Of a DNA stretch of 30,735 nt, positions 6,948-15,399 are shown one piece after another. The stretch is taken from the IMG/VR virus record IMGVR_UViG_3300010366_000042, positions 1 to 30,735 of that record, one strand, 5' to 3'. A model generated the notes under the pieces. The model made no database searches, was not told the origin of the DNA, and saw nothing but the letters and a program-made list of their open reading frames with translations. Position numbers and translations under genes: made by a program. This stretch comes from a virus (Duplodnaviria > Caudoviricetes). How positions within the stretch are numbered: the stretch's first letter is position 1; the number at the start of each line of letters is the position of its first letter.

Positions 6948-9281
6948 GTGGAAGACGTGTCCATCCCTGTCAGCGTGTTCGACTCCAAAGACGACAACCG
7001 TCCGATGCAGTATCGGCTCAGCTGGAACGACCTCGCGCAGCGGCTGTGCCGGTACGAGGAGCGCTCCGACAAGAATGGACGCGCATGGTCCCCGGTGACG
7101 TACCGACCGGGGACCACCCGCGGCAAGGCAAACGTCGAAGCAGTCCACGCGCTGGTGCTCGACGTCGATCACGCGCTGCCACCGTGGACGCTACTCGAGC
7201 GCTACGAGTACGTCGGGCACACCACCCACTCGCACACGCCCGAGAACCCGCGCTGGCGCATAACCCTACCGCTCAGTCGCGCGGTGAACGGCACCGACTG
7301 GCCCGGCTTCTGGCTGCGCGCACAAGCCTTCTTCGGGTCGTGCGTCGATCCCGCGGCCAAGGACAGCTCGAGGATCTACTTTCTGCCGTCGTGCCCACCG
7401 GGCGCGCAGCACGAGGTACGCCAGCAGCACGGCGAGTTCCTCGACCCTGACAGCCTGCCGCAGGTACCGCAGTACGAACCGCCGCCGCGGGCGACCACGC
7501 AGCCGCGCGTGCTATCGCGCTACCTCGCCGACTGGGCGATGCGCTTCGCCATCGCCAAGATCGACATGGTCGCGCTCCAGGTCAAGCCAGGGCGCAACGA
7601 CGCGTGCAACCGGGCCGCGTACACGCTCGCCGGGCTGGTCACCGATCGTGCCCACGAGATTCGTCCCGAGTGGATTACCGAGCAGCTGCTCGAGGCGTGC
7701 GAGCGCAACGGGCTGGTCGCCGACGACGGCGAGGTGAGCGTCAGGAACACGATCCACAGCGGCTTGAAGTCCGGGCTCGCTCGACCGTGGAGCCCAGCTG
7801 ACCAGGAAGAGCAACAACCGGTACCGCGGCGGCCGTGGACGCAGGTACGACCTGAGCCACAGCGTCGCGCACAGGGGCTGGAGTTGGGAGTCAAACACAT
7901 GGATGGAGTGAAGCCCGAACTGGTCGATTGGCTGTGGCGTAATCGCTTCGCCCGCGGCAAGGCAACGTTGCTGATGGGCGACCCCGGGCTCGGCAAGAGC
8001 CTGATCAGTCACTGGGCAGCGGCAGTGGTGTCGGTCGGTGGCGAGTGGCCGGACGAGGGCAGGTGCGAAGCAGGCGCGGCCATCCTCTTCACCATCGAGG
8101 ATTCGCTCTCTGACACGGTCGCGCCCAGGCTGATAGCGGCTGGTGCCGATCGCTCGAAGATTCTGGCGGTCACCGGTGTCATCGACGTGGACACGACCAC
8201 CATGGACGAGCGCATGTTTGCGCTCGAAGAGCACATCAGTCTGCTCGAAGAGCTGATCGAACGCGAGGGTGCGTTGCTGGTGGTACTGGACCCCATCAGT
8301 GCCTATCTGGGTGCCAACGTCAACGCTCACAAAGAGACAGACGTGCGTCGTGTGCTCGCGCCACTGCAACAAATGGCCGAGCGTACAGGGGTCGCACTCC
8401 TCTTACTTATGCATTTGACAAAAGGAAGCGGAGTGTCAGCACTATATCGGGCCACCGGATCGATCGCGTTTCCCGCGGTGTGCCGCGTCGTGCTGGGTGT
8501 CGCGATTGACCCGAACGACTCTGAAAAGAAGCGGCGCCTGCTACTCCCAATCAAATTCAACATCGCGCCGGACGCGGTCGGGATCGGCTACCGCATCCAC
8601 ACCACGCAGGAGATGATCCTGCCGCACGCCGACGAGCGTGACCAGCCGCCCATCCTGGTCTGGGACAACGACCCGGTGCTTGTGGACGCCACGACCGCGC
8701 TCGACCGCGGCAACGTGACCGAGCTTGGCGCCCTGGCACAGGTCAAGCGCGCGCTGGTGCAGATCGTGATCGACCAGCCCATCCCTGCCATCGAAGGCTT
8801 CCGACAGCTCAAGGAGGCAGGTGTCTCGACCACGCCCAACACGGTCGGCCGGGCGCGCGAAGAGCTCGGCATCGAAAGCAAGAAGGACGGCCGCGGCGGC
8901 TGGTACTGGCACCCACCCAAGATCACCAGCCTCGCGCGTGGAGATACATCTAGATCTTTACGATCTTTGAGATATTCAACATCTTCCGAGGCCCACATTT
9001 ACGTGGACATGGGTGACCAAGGCACTCAAGATCTCCAGCAAGATCGCACAGGCAATGGCCACGGCCCTTCTCAAGATGTCAAAGATCTCACAGATCGCAA
9101 GAATATTGGAGACACGCGCGCGCACGCGCGCGAGGCTGGCGAATCCAAAGAGGTGCGCTACTGCGCGCTGTGCATGGAGCACCTCGAGCCGTGGCTGTAC
9201 GACGCGCACCTGCCGTGCCGCGGCCAGCGCTGCCCAGTCCATGCGAAGTACTTCGATGAGCACGAGTGTGACGCTGTATGA
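6948..9281 (+). CDS. Primase-helicase: AEP primase, helical linker, RecA-like AAA_25 helicase
   Basis: LVLDVD, HTTHSH, RWRITLPL, DPAAKDSSRIYFLP (AEP); GRNDACNRAA (PriCT-like); Walker A GDPGLGKS, Walker B LVVLDP, MHLTK, GSIAF. Confidence 0.9.
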   Translation: MEDVSIPVSVFDSKDDNRPMQYRLSWNDLAQRLCRYEERSDKNGRAWSPVTYRPGTTRGKANVEAVHALVLDVDHALPPWTLLERYEYVGHTTHSHTPENPRWRITLPLSRAVNGTDWPGFWLRAQAFFGSCVDPAAKDSSRIYFLPSCPPGAQHEVRQQHGEFLDPDSLPQVPQYEPPPRATTQPRVLSRYLADWAMRFAIAKIDMVALQVKPGRNDACNRAAYTLAGLVTDRAHEIRPEWITEQLLEACERNGLVADDGEVSVRNTIHSGLKSGLARPWSPADQEEQQPVPRRPWTQVRPEPQRRAQGLELGVKHMDGVKPELVDWLWRNRFARGKATLLMGDPGLGKSLISHWAAAVVSVGGEWPDEGRCEAGAAILFTIEDSLSDTVAPRLIAAGADRSKILAVTGVIDVDTTTMDERMFALEEHISLLEELIEREGALLVVLDPISAYLGANVNAHKETDVRRVLAPLQQMAERTGVALLLLMHLTKGSGVSALYRATGSIAFPAVCRVVLGVAIDPNDSEKKRRLLLPIKFNIAPDAVGIGYRIHTTQEMILPHADERDQPPILVWDNDPVLVDATTALDRGNVTELGALAQVKRALVQIVIDQPIPAIEGFRQLKEAGVSTTPNTVGRAREELGIESKKDGRGGWYWHPPKITSLARGDTSRSLRSLRYSTSSEAHIYVDMGDQGTQDLQQDRTGNGHGPSQDVKDLTDRKNIGDTRAHAREAGESKEVRYCALCMEHLEPWLYDAHLPCRGQRCPVHAKYFDEHECDAV
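8931..9134. repeat. Iteron-like arrays in opposite orientations inside the primase-helicase 3' end; candidate replication origin
   Basis: ATCTT/ATATT at 8954, 8963, 8972, 8981 (9-bp period); inverted AAGAT/CAGAT at 9028, 9040, 9073, 9082, 9091; locally AT-rich; flanked by CGCG tracts. Confidence 0.55.
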
Positions 9282-9493
9282 GCGGGACTAGGACGACGAT
9301 CTACTTGCCAGAAGTATTGCTCGCAGGCGCGCGCCAGATGGAGATCAACGTCTCGGAGGTCTGTCAGCAAGCGCTGAGGGCGGAGATCGCCGGCAGGATG
9401 CAGTCGCTCGAAGCAGCCGTCGAAGCTGGCATGCAAGCGAGCGCGCTTCTCGAGCAGTTGAGGGTGGCCATGCACGCCGACGACGAGGCATGA
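9278..9493 (+). CDS. RHH protein, CcdA/VapB antitoxin-like
   Basis: RTTIYLPEVLLAGARQMEINVSEVCQQALRAEI. Confidence 0.65.
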   Translation: MSGTRTTIYLPEVLLAGARQMEINVSEVCQQALRAEIAGRMQSLEAAVEAGMQASALLEQLRVAMHADDEA

Positions 9494-10806
9494 CGGTGCG
9501 TCTGCTGCGCGGCGACTGCCGTGTCACCCTGTGGACCATCGAGGCCGGCAGCGTGCAGTGCGCGATTACCTCGCCTCCTTACTACGGTTTACGCGACTAC
9601 GGCACACCTCCCCTGGTGTGGGGGCAAACATGTTGTGAACATGTTCACGACTGGCAACCCGCCCATACCGCGGGCTGGAATCCCGGTGGGCAATCATCGC
9701 TCAATCGCACCGTCGATAGTCATCGCCTCAAGCAAGCCAGTATGGGTGAGCGCTGTGCCCACGTACATGACTGGCAGCAGACCGATGAATACCACAACCG
9801 CGGTGACGCTACAGCTGGACCAAAACAAAAGAGCAACAGTGGCTCGGTTACCGGCCGTGGTGTGGTGCGCTATGCCCAGTGCGATTGTGGAGCGTGGCTC
9901 GGATCGCTCGGACTCGAACCCACGCCAGAGCTCTACATCGCACACCTCGTGGAGTGCTTTCAGCATGTCAAGCGCGTTCTCCACAAAAGCGGCACGTTGT
10001 GGCTAAACCTGGGTGACGCGTACGCCGGTTCCGGCAAGGGTCCGAGCAATGGACTCTCGAGCACGGCGCACTCCGGTAATCCTCATTCGCACCTCGCGGC
10101 CCAGGTGAAGCAACTCTCCAACCGCGGCTCGCTCATGCCGCGGGACGGGCTGGTACCAGCTGGCTACAAGCCCAAGGACCTGATGCTGCTGCCGTTCCGG
10201 GCAGCGCTCGCGCTCCAGGCTGACGGCTGGTACGTGCGCTCGGTCATCCCGTGGCTGAAGCGCAACAGCATGCCCGAGTCGGTGCGCGACCGGCCGACGA
10301 CGTCGGTCGAGTACGTCTTCCTGCTGAGCAAAAGCCGCACGTACTGGTTCGACGTCGAGGCGGTTCGTGCCGCGGACAGCGGGCGGAGCTCTGGCAACGG
10401 CTTTGTCCGTGACCAGCGGCTGAGCTACGGCCGCGGCAACGACGACGAGTGGGTACCAGGCAAGGGCAGGCAGAGACGCGCGGCGGACTGGTTCTTCGAG
10501 TCGTGGCAGGGGTTATTGCTCGGCGAGCAGGACAACCCGCTCGCGCTGGTGGTGAACCCCTCAGCGTACGCAGGGGCGCATTTTGCGGTATTCCCGCCGC
10601 GACTGGTCGAGCCGATGGTGCAGGCGAGCACGCGCCCTGGCGAGGTCGTGCTCGACCCGTTCGGCGGCAGCGGCACGGTGGGCATGGTGGCCGATCGGCT
10701 CGGCAGGAACGCCGTGCTGTGCGAGCTCAGCGCGGACTATGGCCAGCAAGCCATCGAGCGCGTCGTCGGCGACGCGCCGCTGTTCGCCCAGGTGGAGGCG
10801 TCGTGA
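9490..10806 (+). CDS. DNA amino-methyltransferase, beta class (SPPY suggests N4-cytosine)
   Basis: ITSPPYYGLRDY, LWLNLGD, KPKDL, MPESVRDRPT, HFAVFPPRL, VLDPFGGSGTV. Confidence 0.93.
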   Translation: MTVRLLRGDCRVTLWTIEAGSVQCAITSPPYYGLRDYGTPPLVWGQTCCEHVHDWQPAHTAGWNPGGQSSLNRTVDSHRLKQASMGERCAHVHDWQQTDEYHNRGDATAGPKQKSNSGSVTGRGVVRYAQCDCGAWLGSLGLEPTPELYIAHLVECFQHVKRVLHKSGTLWLNLGDAYAGSGKGPSNGLSSTAHSGNPHSHLAAQVKQLSNRGSLMPRDGLVPAGYKPKDLMLLPFRAALALQADGWYVRSVIPWLKRNSMPESVRDRPTTSVEYVFLLSKSRTYWFDVEAVRAADSGRSSGNGFVRDQRLSYGRGNDDEWVPGKGRQRRAADWFFESWQGLLLGEQDNPLALVVNPSAYAGAHFAVFPPRLVEPMVQASTRPGEVVLDPFGGSGTVGMVADRLGRNAVLCELSADYGQQAIERVVGDAPLFAQVEAS

Positions 10807-11009
10807 AGCTCGAGCGGCGCTACGAACCCGAGCGCAACCCCGGCGCGCTGCTGCGCGTGCTGCTGTTCCTGATCGAGCGCGAGCTACAACAGAAAGCCGC
10901 GGCCGAAAGAGCCGCGGCTGAACCGTGGAGTGGTGGCGTCGTCCGTGAGGACGACTCAGGCGAGAATGCGCTCGCGAGCGCTCGGCATCTCGAGCATCCC
11001 TATGACTAA
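10803..11009 (+). CDS. Small hypothetical protein (68 aa) convergent with the integrase 3' end; candidate recombination directionality factor
   Basis: GTGA overlap with the MTase stop; RBS GGAGG. The RDF role is inferred from position only. Confidence 0.55.
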   Translation: MKLERRYEPERNPGALLRVLLFLIERELQQKAAAERAAAEPWSGGVVREDDSGENALASARHLEHPYD

Positions 11010-12779
11010 AGTCTTGATATTCGTCAAATCCCGGACGCTACTCATAGTGCTATCCGTACTGAAGGCGTACGTCACCTGCAGCCGCGGCAGATCCGGCTTG
11101 CCTGGCCCGGCCGCGACCGGCTCCTCCCGCGGCAGCGCGCGCACCTCGACCACCAACTCCTGGACGATGCGCTTCATGGCGACACGGTCGTTCGACGCGG
11201 TGATGTCATCGATCTGATCGCCCAGGCGGCGCATCAGGCTGGCGGTACTGGACAGGCGCGACTCGAGCGCGCTATCGACGGCGAGGTACGCCTCGACGCG
11301 GCTGATGTCGGCATCCAACTGGGCGATCTTGTCGCCGACGTCCACGAGGTCCTCTTCGATTTCCCGTATCGGGCGGTAGCGCGACGGTGAGCGGAGCGAG
11401 TCACGCAGGTGCAGTTGTGTCTGCTCGAGTACGCGCCGCTGGCTGCGTAGCTCGTCGTGCTGCCGCTGGTATAGCGCGCCATTGGACTGGCGCCCGCGCA
11501 GCGTACGCTGCAGCCCGGCGAGCACCTCGTCCGGGTGCTTGACTGCCCACACGAGGTCTTGCCAGATGACGTTCTCGACCTCGACGTTGACCATCGGCCC
11601 GTTGCACGGCGCGCCGCGGCGACGCGCGAAGTCAGCGTTGCGTCCGTTGCAGCGGTAGTAGCGGTACTTCTTGCGACCATCGGCCGAACTGTTGGTAATG
11701 CCGCCCGTGTAGCGCAGGTCGCACGGCGTGCCGTCAGGCAGCGTGCCGGAGCAGATGATTTTCTTGGACAGCGTGTAGACGTGGTCGTCGTGCGTCCCGT
11801 TCCACTTGTTGTTGCGCTTGAGGCGATCGTTGGCGGTCTGCCAGACCGACTCGCTCACGATGCCCGGCACGGACTGGTCGAGGTCGCGCTGGTCGAAGCT
11901 GAGGTTGCGCTCACCCTTGTAGACGACGTTCTTGATCGTTGCCCACACGCGCTGGTTGTTCCAGCGGCCATTTGTCTTGTCGGTGCTGCGCTGGTGCTGC
12001 TTGTTGAACCAGCGCTGGGTGGACGGCACGCCCGCGTCCGCGAGCCAGTCGGCGACGGCGTAGCACGTTTCGCCGGCGGCAACGCGCTCGAAGATCTGCT
12101 GCACCAGTTCGGACTCGGTGATAGCGAGCATCTCGACCGCACGCCGGCTGGGCACGAGGTGGTTATCGACCACGTCGAAACCGAATGGCACCAGTCCGTT
12201 GATGAACTCACCGGCGGACGCGACACGGTGCTTACCGTTCATAGTGCGCTCGCGAATCGTGGCACGCTCGAGCTCGGCAAGGCTGGCCAGGAGCTGGAAC
12301 ACGAAGCGACCGATCGCTTGCTGTGGGCCCGGCCGTGTGTCAAACGGCTCGGTCGCGCTGGTGATGGCGACGTTGCAGCGCTCCAATTCGTCGTGTGCGT
12401 CGATCAGCACACGCGCCGAGCGGCCCAGCCGGTCCAGCTTGTAGATGATGACGACGTCGAACATGCCCGCGCGTGCGTCGTCGAGCAGGCGCCGACCATC
12501 CGGCCGGTCGCCCAGAGCCTTGGCGCCGGACCAGCCGTCATCGCAGTACTCGCCCACGAGTTGCATGCGCACCGCGGTCGGTGCGTCGTCACGAAAGTCA
12601 GCACGGAACTTGTCGTGCAGGTAGATGCGCTGGGCCTCGACCGTGCCTTTCTCTTCCTGCTCGTCGGTGCTGACGCGGTAGTAGAAGACGACCCGCAGCA
12701 CGCCCGCGGTGTCAGCCGACACCTCTGTTTTCAGTGCGAGCGCTCGCCGGCGAGCGCGCTCTTTGAGTATCCTAGACAT
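10956..12779 (-). CDS. int: Large serine recombinase (phage integrase)
   Basis: YYRVSTDEQ (catalytic Ser), DDGWSG, YKLDRLGRS, ELERATIRERT, recombinase domain (PFGF, YKG), Zn ribbon (ICS...C...YYRC...C), coiled coil. ATG 12779 preferred over 12818. Confidence 0.95.
   Translation of the reverse strand: MSRILKERARRRALALKTEVSADTAGVLRVVFYYRVSTDEQEEKGTVEAQRIYLHDKFRADFRDDAPTAVRMQLVGEYCDDGWSGAKALGDRPDGRRLLDDARAGMFDVVIIYKLDRLGRSARVLIDAHDELERCNVAITSATEPFDTRPGPQQAIGRFVFQLLASLAELERATIRERTMNGKHRVASAGEFINGLVPFGFDVVDNHLVPSRRAVEMLAITESELVQQIFERVAAGETCYAVADWLADAGVPSTQRWFNKQHQRSTDKTNGRWNNQRVWATIKNVVYKGERNLSFDQRDLDQSVPGIVSESVWQTANDRLKRNNKWNGTHDDHVYTLSKKIICSGTLPDGTPCDLRYTGGITNSSADGRKKYRYYRCNGRNADFARRRGAPCNGPMVNVEVENVIWQDLVWAVKHPDEVLAGLQRTLRGRQSNGALYQRQHDELRSQRRVLEQTQLHLRDSLRSPSRYRPIREIEEDLVDVGDKIAQLDADISRVEAYLAVDSALESRLSSTASLMRRLGDQIDDITASNDRVAMKRIVQELVVEVRALPREEPVAAGPGKPDLPRLQVTYAFSTDSTMSSVRDLTNIKTLVIGMLEMPSARERILA
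11000..11047. other. Candidate attP: 48-bp imperfect inverted repeat with central GT at 11023-11024
   Basis: Left arm CTATGACTAAAGTC... versus reverse-complemented right arm CTATGAGTAGCGTC...; 14 of 24 positions symmetric; AT-rich relative to the flanks. Confidence 0.5.
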
Positions 12780-12781
12780 TG

Positions 12782-12799
12782 CTACTTCCCTTTCTTCAT
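12782..12799 (-). CDS. Mini-ORF MKKGK* directly upstream of the integrase
   Basis: ATG AAG AAA GGG AAG TAG, preceded by CAACCG; the stop lies 2 nt before the int ATG. Confidence 0.45.
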   Translation of the reverse strand: MKKGK

Positions 12800-12818
12800 C
12801 GGTTGGGGGACAAAGCAT

Positions 12819-12850
12819 CCCCGCGGCGGGAATCCGTCGCGGGGTTTCTT
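12819..12850 (+). terminator. Intrinsic terminator-like hairpin, best formed on the + strand
   Basis: CCCCGCGGCGG-GAAT-CCGTCGCGGGG (11 bp, one G-U) followed by TTTCTT. Confidence 0.6.
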
Positions 12851-12878
12851 GTACCTGACTATGTACTTACTTTTCCAG

Positions 12879-12986
12879 TTAGAGCCACGCGCCGGTCAGG
12901 TAGTGGTAGCCGTAGACGACGATCACCATCGACCACGGCAGACTGAGCACGACGATGGCGATGGCGGAGTCGAGGCGCCTTGTCAC
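12879..12986 (-). CDS. Small single-TM membrane protein (35 aa)
   Basis: GTGA overlap with the XRE stop; hydrophobic stretch AIAIVVLSLPWSMVIVVYGY. Confidence 0.55.
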   Translation of the reverse strand: MTRRLDSAIAIVVLSLPWSMVIVVYGYHYLTGAWL

Positions 12987-13285
12987 AGTGACACCTGCTG
13001 CGCTCGCCGCAGCGCTGCATCCTGTTTGCCGCGCTGGCTGCGGGCGCCCAGAGACTGTCGATCGGCAGCGCTGAGCGAACGGCGGCGCTGAACGGCAAGC
13101 TGCTCGAGTTCTGCGACCTGACGACGCTCGAGTGTCTCGAGCGCGAGGTCCAGATACGGCGGGATCTCTCGCCGGCCCTGCTCCCACGCTGCCACGGTCT
13201 GCTGGTGGATGCGCAGCTGGTCCGCCAGTTTGGCCTGCGAGATGTTCCAGGCCAGACGCCATGCCTTGAGTCGCTCGGGCGTCAT
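12983..13285 (-). CDS. XRE family HTH regulator
   Basis: MTPERLKAWRLAWNISQAKLADQLRIHQQTVAAWEQGRREIP. Confidence 0.9.
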   Translation of the reverse strand: MTPERLKAWRLAWNISQAKLADQLRIHQQTVAAWEQGRREIPPYLDLALETLERRQVAELEQLAVQRRRSLSAADRQSLGARSQRGKQDAALRRAQQVSL

Positions 13286-13467
13286 GGCACGTACACCTCG
13301 TGGGCATAGAGCGTCACCTCGCTGCCATCCGGCTTGCGACAGACCACGAGCAGATCGTGACGCACGACGGTGAGCGGGGTACGGCTGTCGTCCAGCATGG
13401 CGAGCACGGTGGTGCCCGGCTCGAGCACCGCAGGGTCGATATCCGCGGGTACGGGTACGGTGTTCAT
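13282..13467 (-). CDS. Hypothetical protein (61 aa; in-frame upstream GTG at 13560 gives 92 aa)
   Basis: GAGGAAT-CAACCG-ATG start; ATGA overlap with the XRE gene. Confidence 0.7.
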   Translation of the reverse strand: MNTVPVPADIDPAVLEPGTTVLAMLDDSRTPLTVVRHDLLVVCRKPDGSEVTLYAHEVYVP

Positions 13468-13556
13468 CGGTTGATTCCTCTTTTCGACAGCGTCGATATC
13501 CGCCAAGCAGCGGTCTAGCAGCGCGCGTGCTGCGGGCGAATACTCGATAGACGCGC

Positions 13557-14051
13557 TCACGACTGACCTCCGTACGCGTCGATCATGATGGCCAGCGCTT
13601 CGCTGAGCGGCCCGACGACCGGGTCGCTCTCCGGCAACGATTCGATGTGCGCCTGCAGCGCGGCAATGGCCGTCTCTAACTCGCCGAGTGATTCCTGAGC
13701 GACGACCTGGACGCGCTCGACGTAGTCGTCGCGCCATGCACGAATTGATTCGAGAATGGCGGCGGCGATCGCCTCGCCATCCTCAGACTCACTCGACAGC
13801 GGTGTCTCGATGTTCAGGTGCGTCATGTCCCACTCGTCACCGATGATGTCGTAGACGTTGGCGCCGATCATCGTGTCGCACACACCGAACGTCAGTCCGG
13901 TGGTGGCGTTTAGCGGGATATCAATCGACGGGCCGGCCTGTCCGAAGTTGTAGGTCGAGCCGGGGTAGGCTTGTGCCACGGCACGGAATGCTTCGAGCCA
14001 ACCGTCTACGACGGCGCGCGCGTGGCGCTGTGGTTCGGTGAGGGTGTTCAT
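13557..14051 (-). CDS. Hypothetical acidic protein (164 aa)
   Basis: CAACCG-ATG start overlapping the upstream TGA. Confidence 0.75.
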   Translation of the reverse strand: MNTLTEPQRHARAVVDGWLEAFRAVAQAYPGSTYNFGQAGPSIDIPLNATTGLTFGVCDTMIGANVYDIIGDEWDMTHLNIETPLSSESEDGEAIAAAILESIRAWRDDYVERVQVVAQESLGELETAIAALQAHIESLPESDPVVGPLSEALAIMIDAYGGQS

Positions 14052-14665
14052 CGGTTGAGTCCAATCTTTGCTGCGGAGTCCATCGTCTCTTTGACGATGG
14101 CGATGATGCGGACGACCTCGTCGTCCTTGACGGTGTGCTCGAGCACGTTGTAGACGGCGTACGACACCGCGGCACCGAGCGGATCGGTGGCGGCGTCGTC
14201 GTACTCCCAGTACCCCCAGTGCTCGCGGTCGAATGCGCGCGCCGCTTCGAATGCGTCCTGACCATCGTCTGTGTGATGTCGTGACGGGCCGTGCCCACAC
14301 ACGCACAGCGGCGGGTTGCCGGGCCGTACCTGACCGCTGCGGAAAACCGTGCAATCACAGTCGTCCACGGTGCAGGCGCCCGCGGCGCCCGTGTCGCGCA
14401 GTGCGGCCGCGCGCTCGGGGCCGAGCACCTCGTCACACGGGTGGTCGCCGATACCGTGGTCGGGATCGACGCACCCGGCCGACCACGCCGGAATCAGGAA
14501 GCACGACGCCTCCGGGTCGGTGTGGTGGTACTCGTTGTCGTTAGCGCAGTAGAACGCTGCGCGCAGGCAGTCATTGCAGACAAACAGACCATCGCTATCA
14601 ATGGTCTGATTGTCCGGGTCCGCGGTGCGGTCGTGCGCGCTCGGCGCGCATTGCGTGTGGTTCAT
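14048..14665 (-). CDS. Cys/His-rich hypothetical protein (several putative Zn sites)
   Basis: TAGGAGA-CAACCG-ATG start just downstream of a promoter; CNDC, CTVDDCDC, CVCGH motifs. Confidence 0.75.
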   Translation of the reverse strand: MNHTQCAPSAHDRTADPDNQTIDSDGLFVCNDCLRAAFYCANDNEYHHTDPEASCFLIPAWSAGCVDPDHGIGDHPCDEVLGPERAAALRDTGAAGACTVDDCDCTVFRSGQVRPGNPPLCVCGHGPSRHHTDDGQDAFEAARAFDREHWGYWEYDDAATDPLGAAVSYAVYNVLEHTVKDDEVVRIIAIVKETMDSAAKIGLNR

Positions 14666-14684
14666 CGGTTGTCTCCTATCAGGT

Positions 14685-14752
14685 ATTATGCGCGTTTGGC
14701 GCACCTTGCCCAAGTAATGGCCAGGTAAAGAGCTCGTAAAGACGCGGTTGAG
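14685..14752 (-). promoter_or_regulatory. Promoter cassette copy 1: TTGGGC-N17-CATAAT, operator 14687-14705, 11-bp phased repeats 14714-14752
   Basis: Sigma70-like spacing; strong similarity to the 16564-16657 cassette. Confidence 0.65.
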
Positions 14753-14768
14753 GTGAACGCTGGGCCGC

Positions 14769-15362
14769 TCAGAGCGGCCGCAGAACGAGTCTCAGATTGA
14801 ATGTGTCATGCACGTAATCGTTCGCGTGCTCGGCGCACACCGGGCGCCGTTCGAACGAGTCCGGGTCGTCTGCCACGACCGCGAGCAACGTCGCGACGTT
14901 CTGGCACTGCGCGACCGGCTGGCCAGTCTCAGCATCCTGAGCGTCGCGCAGCGCGGTGCAGGTGAGCGGCCGCGCGCCGTAGCGCGCGGTCAACGTCTCT
15001 AGCTGATGAATGATGCGCCCGGCCAGACTCACCTCTGTGTCGCGCGCGGTCGCCGTGTAGCTATCCGTGGCATAGTCGTCGTCGCCGTAATCCATCGTGG
15101 CGGCATCTACAGCGGTCGTGCCACTGTAGAACTCACTCAGGTAGCCGGTGGGCCCATTGTCTGCCCAGTACGAACCAGGCCCGGCCATCACATCGGGTTG
15201 CTGCCGCATGCCGTTGACGTCAGCCGCGCTGGGCAGAGCCGGCGACCGATAGGCGTAGATGGTGGCCACGCCACCACCGGTTTGCTCAACGTAGGCGTAA
15301 TAGCCAGCGGCAGTCACAATGTCTGCAATACGGCGCATGTCAACTAGTCGTCGGGAAGTCAT
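14769..15362 (-). CDS. Hypothetical phage protein (VEQTGGGVATIY motif; C-terminal Cys/His residues)
   Basis: (GA)6-CAACCG-ATG start at 15362. Confidence 0.75.
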   Translation of the reverse strand: MTSRRLVDMRRIADIVTAAGYYAYVEQTGGGVATIYAYRSPALPSAADVNGMRQQPDVMAGPGSYWADNGPTGYLSEFYSGTTAVDAATMDYGDDDYATDSYTATARDTEVSLAGRIIHQLETLTARYGARPLTCTALRDAQDAETGQPVAQCQNVATLLAVVADDPDSFERRPVCAEHANDYVHDTFNLRLVLRPL

Positions 15363-15399
15363 CGGTTGTCTCTCTCTCTCAGGTGTGAACACTCCGGGC

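Noticed and set aside
11535-13091. 518-aa + strand ORF
   Set aside because: Antisense shadow of the integrase, typical of high-GC DNA; no motifs or RBS.
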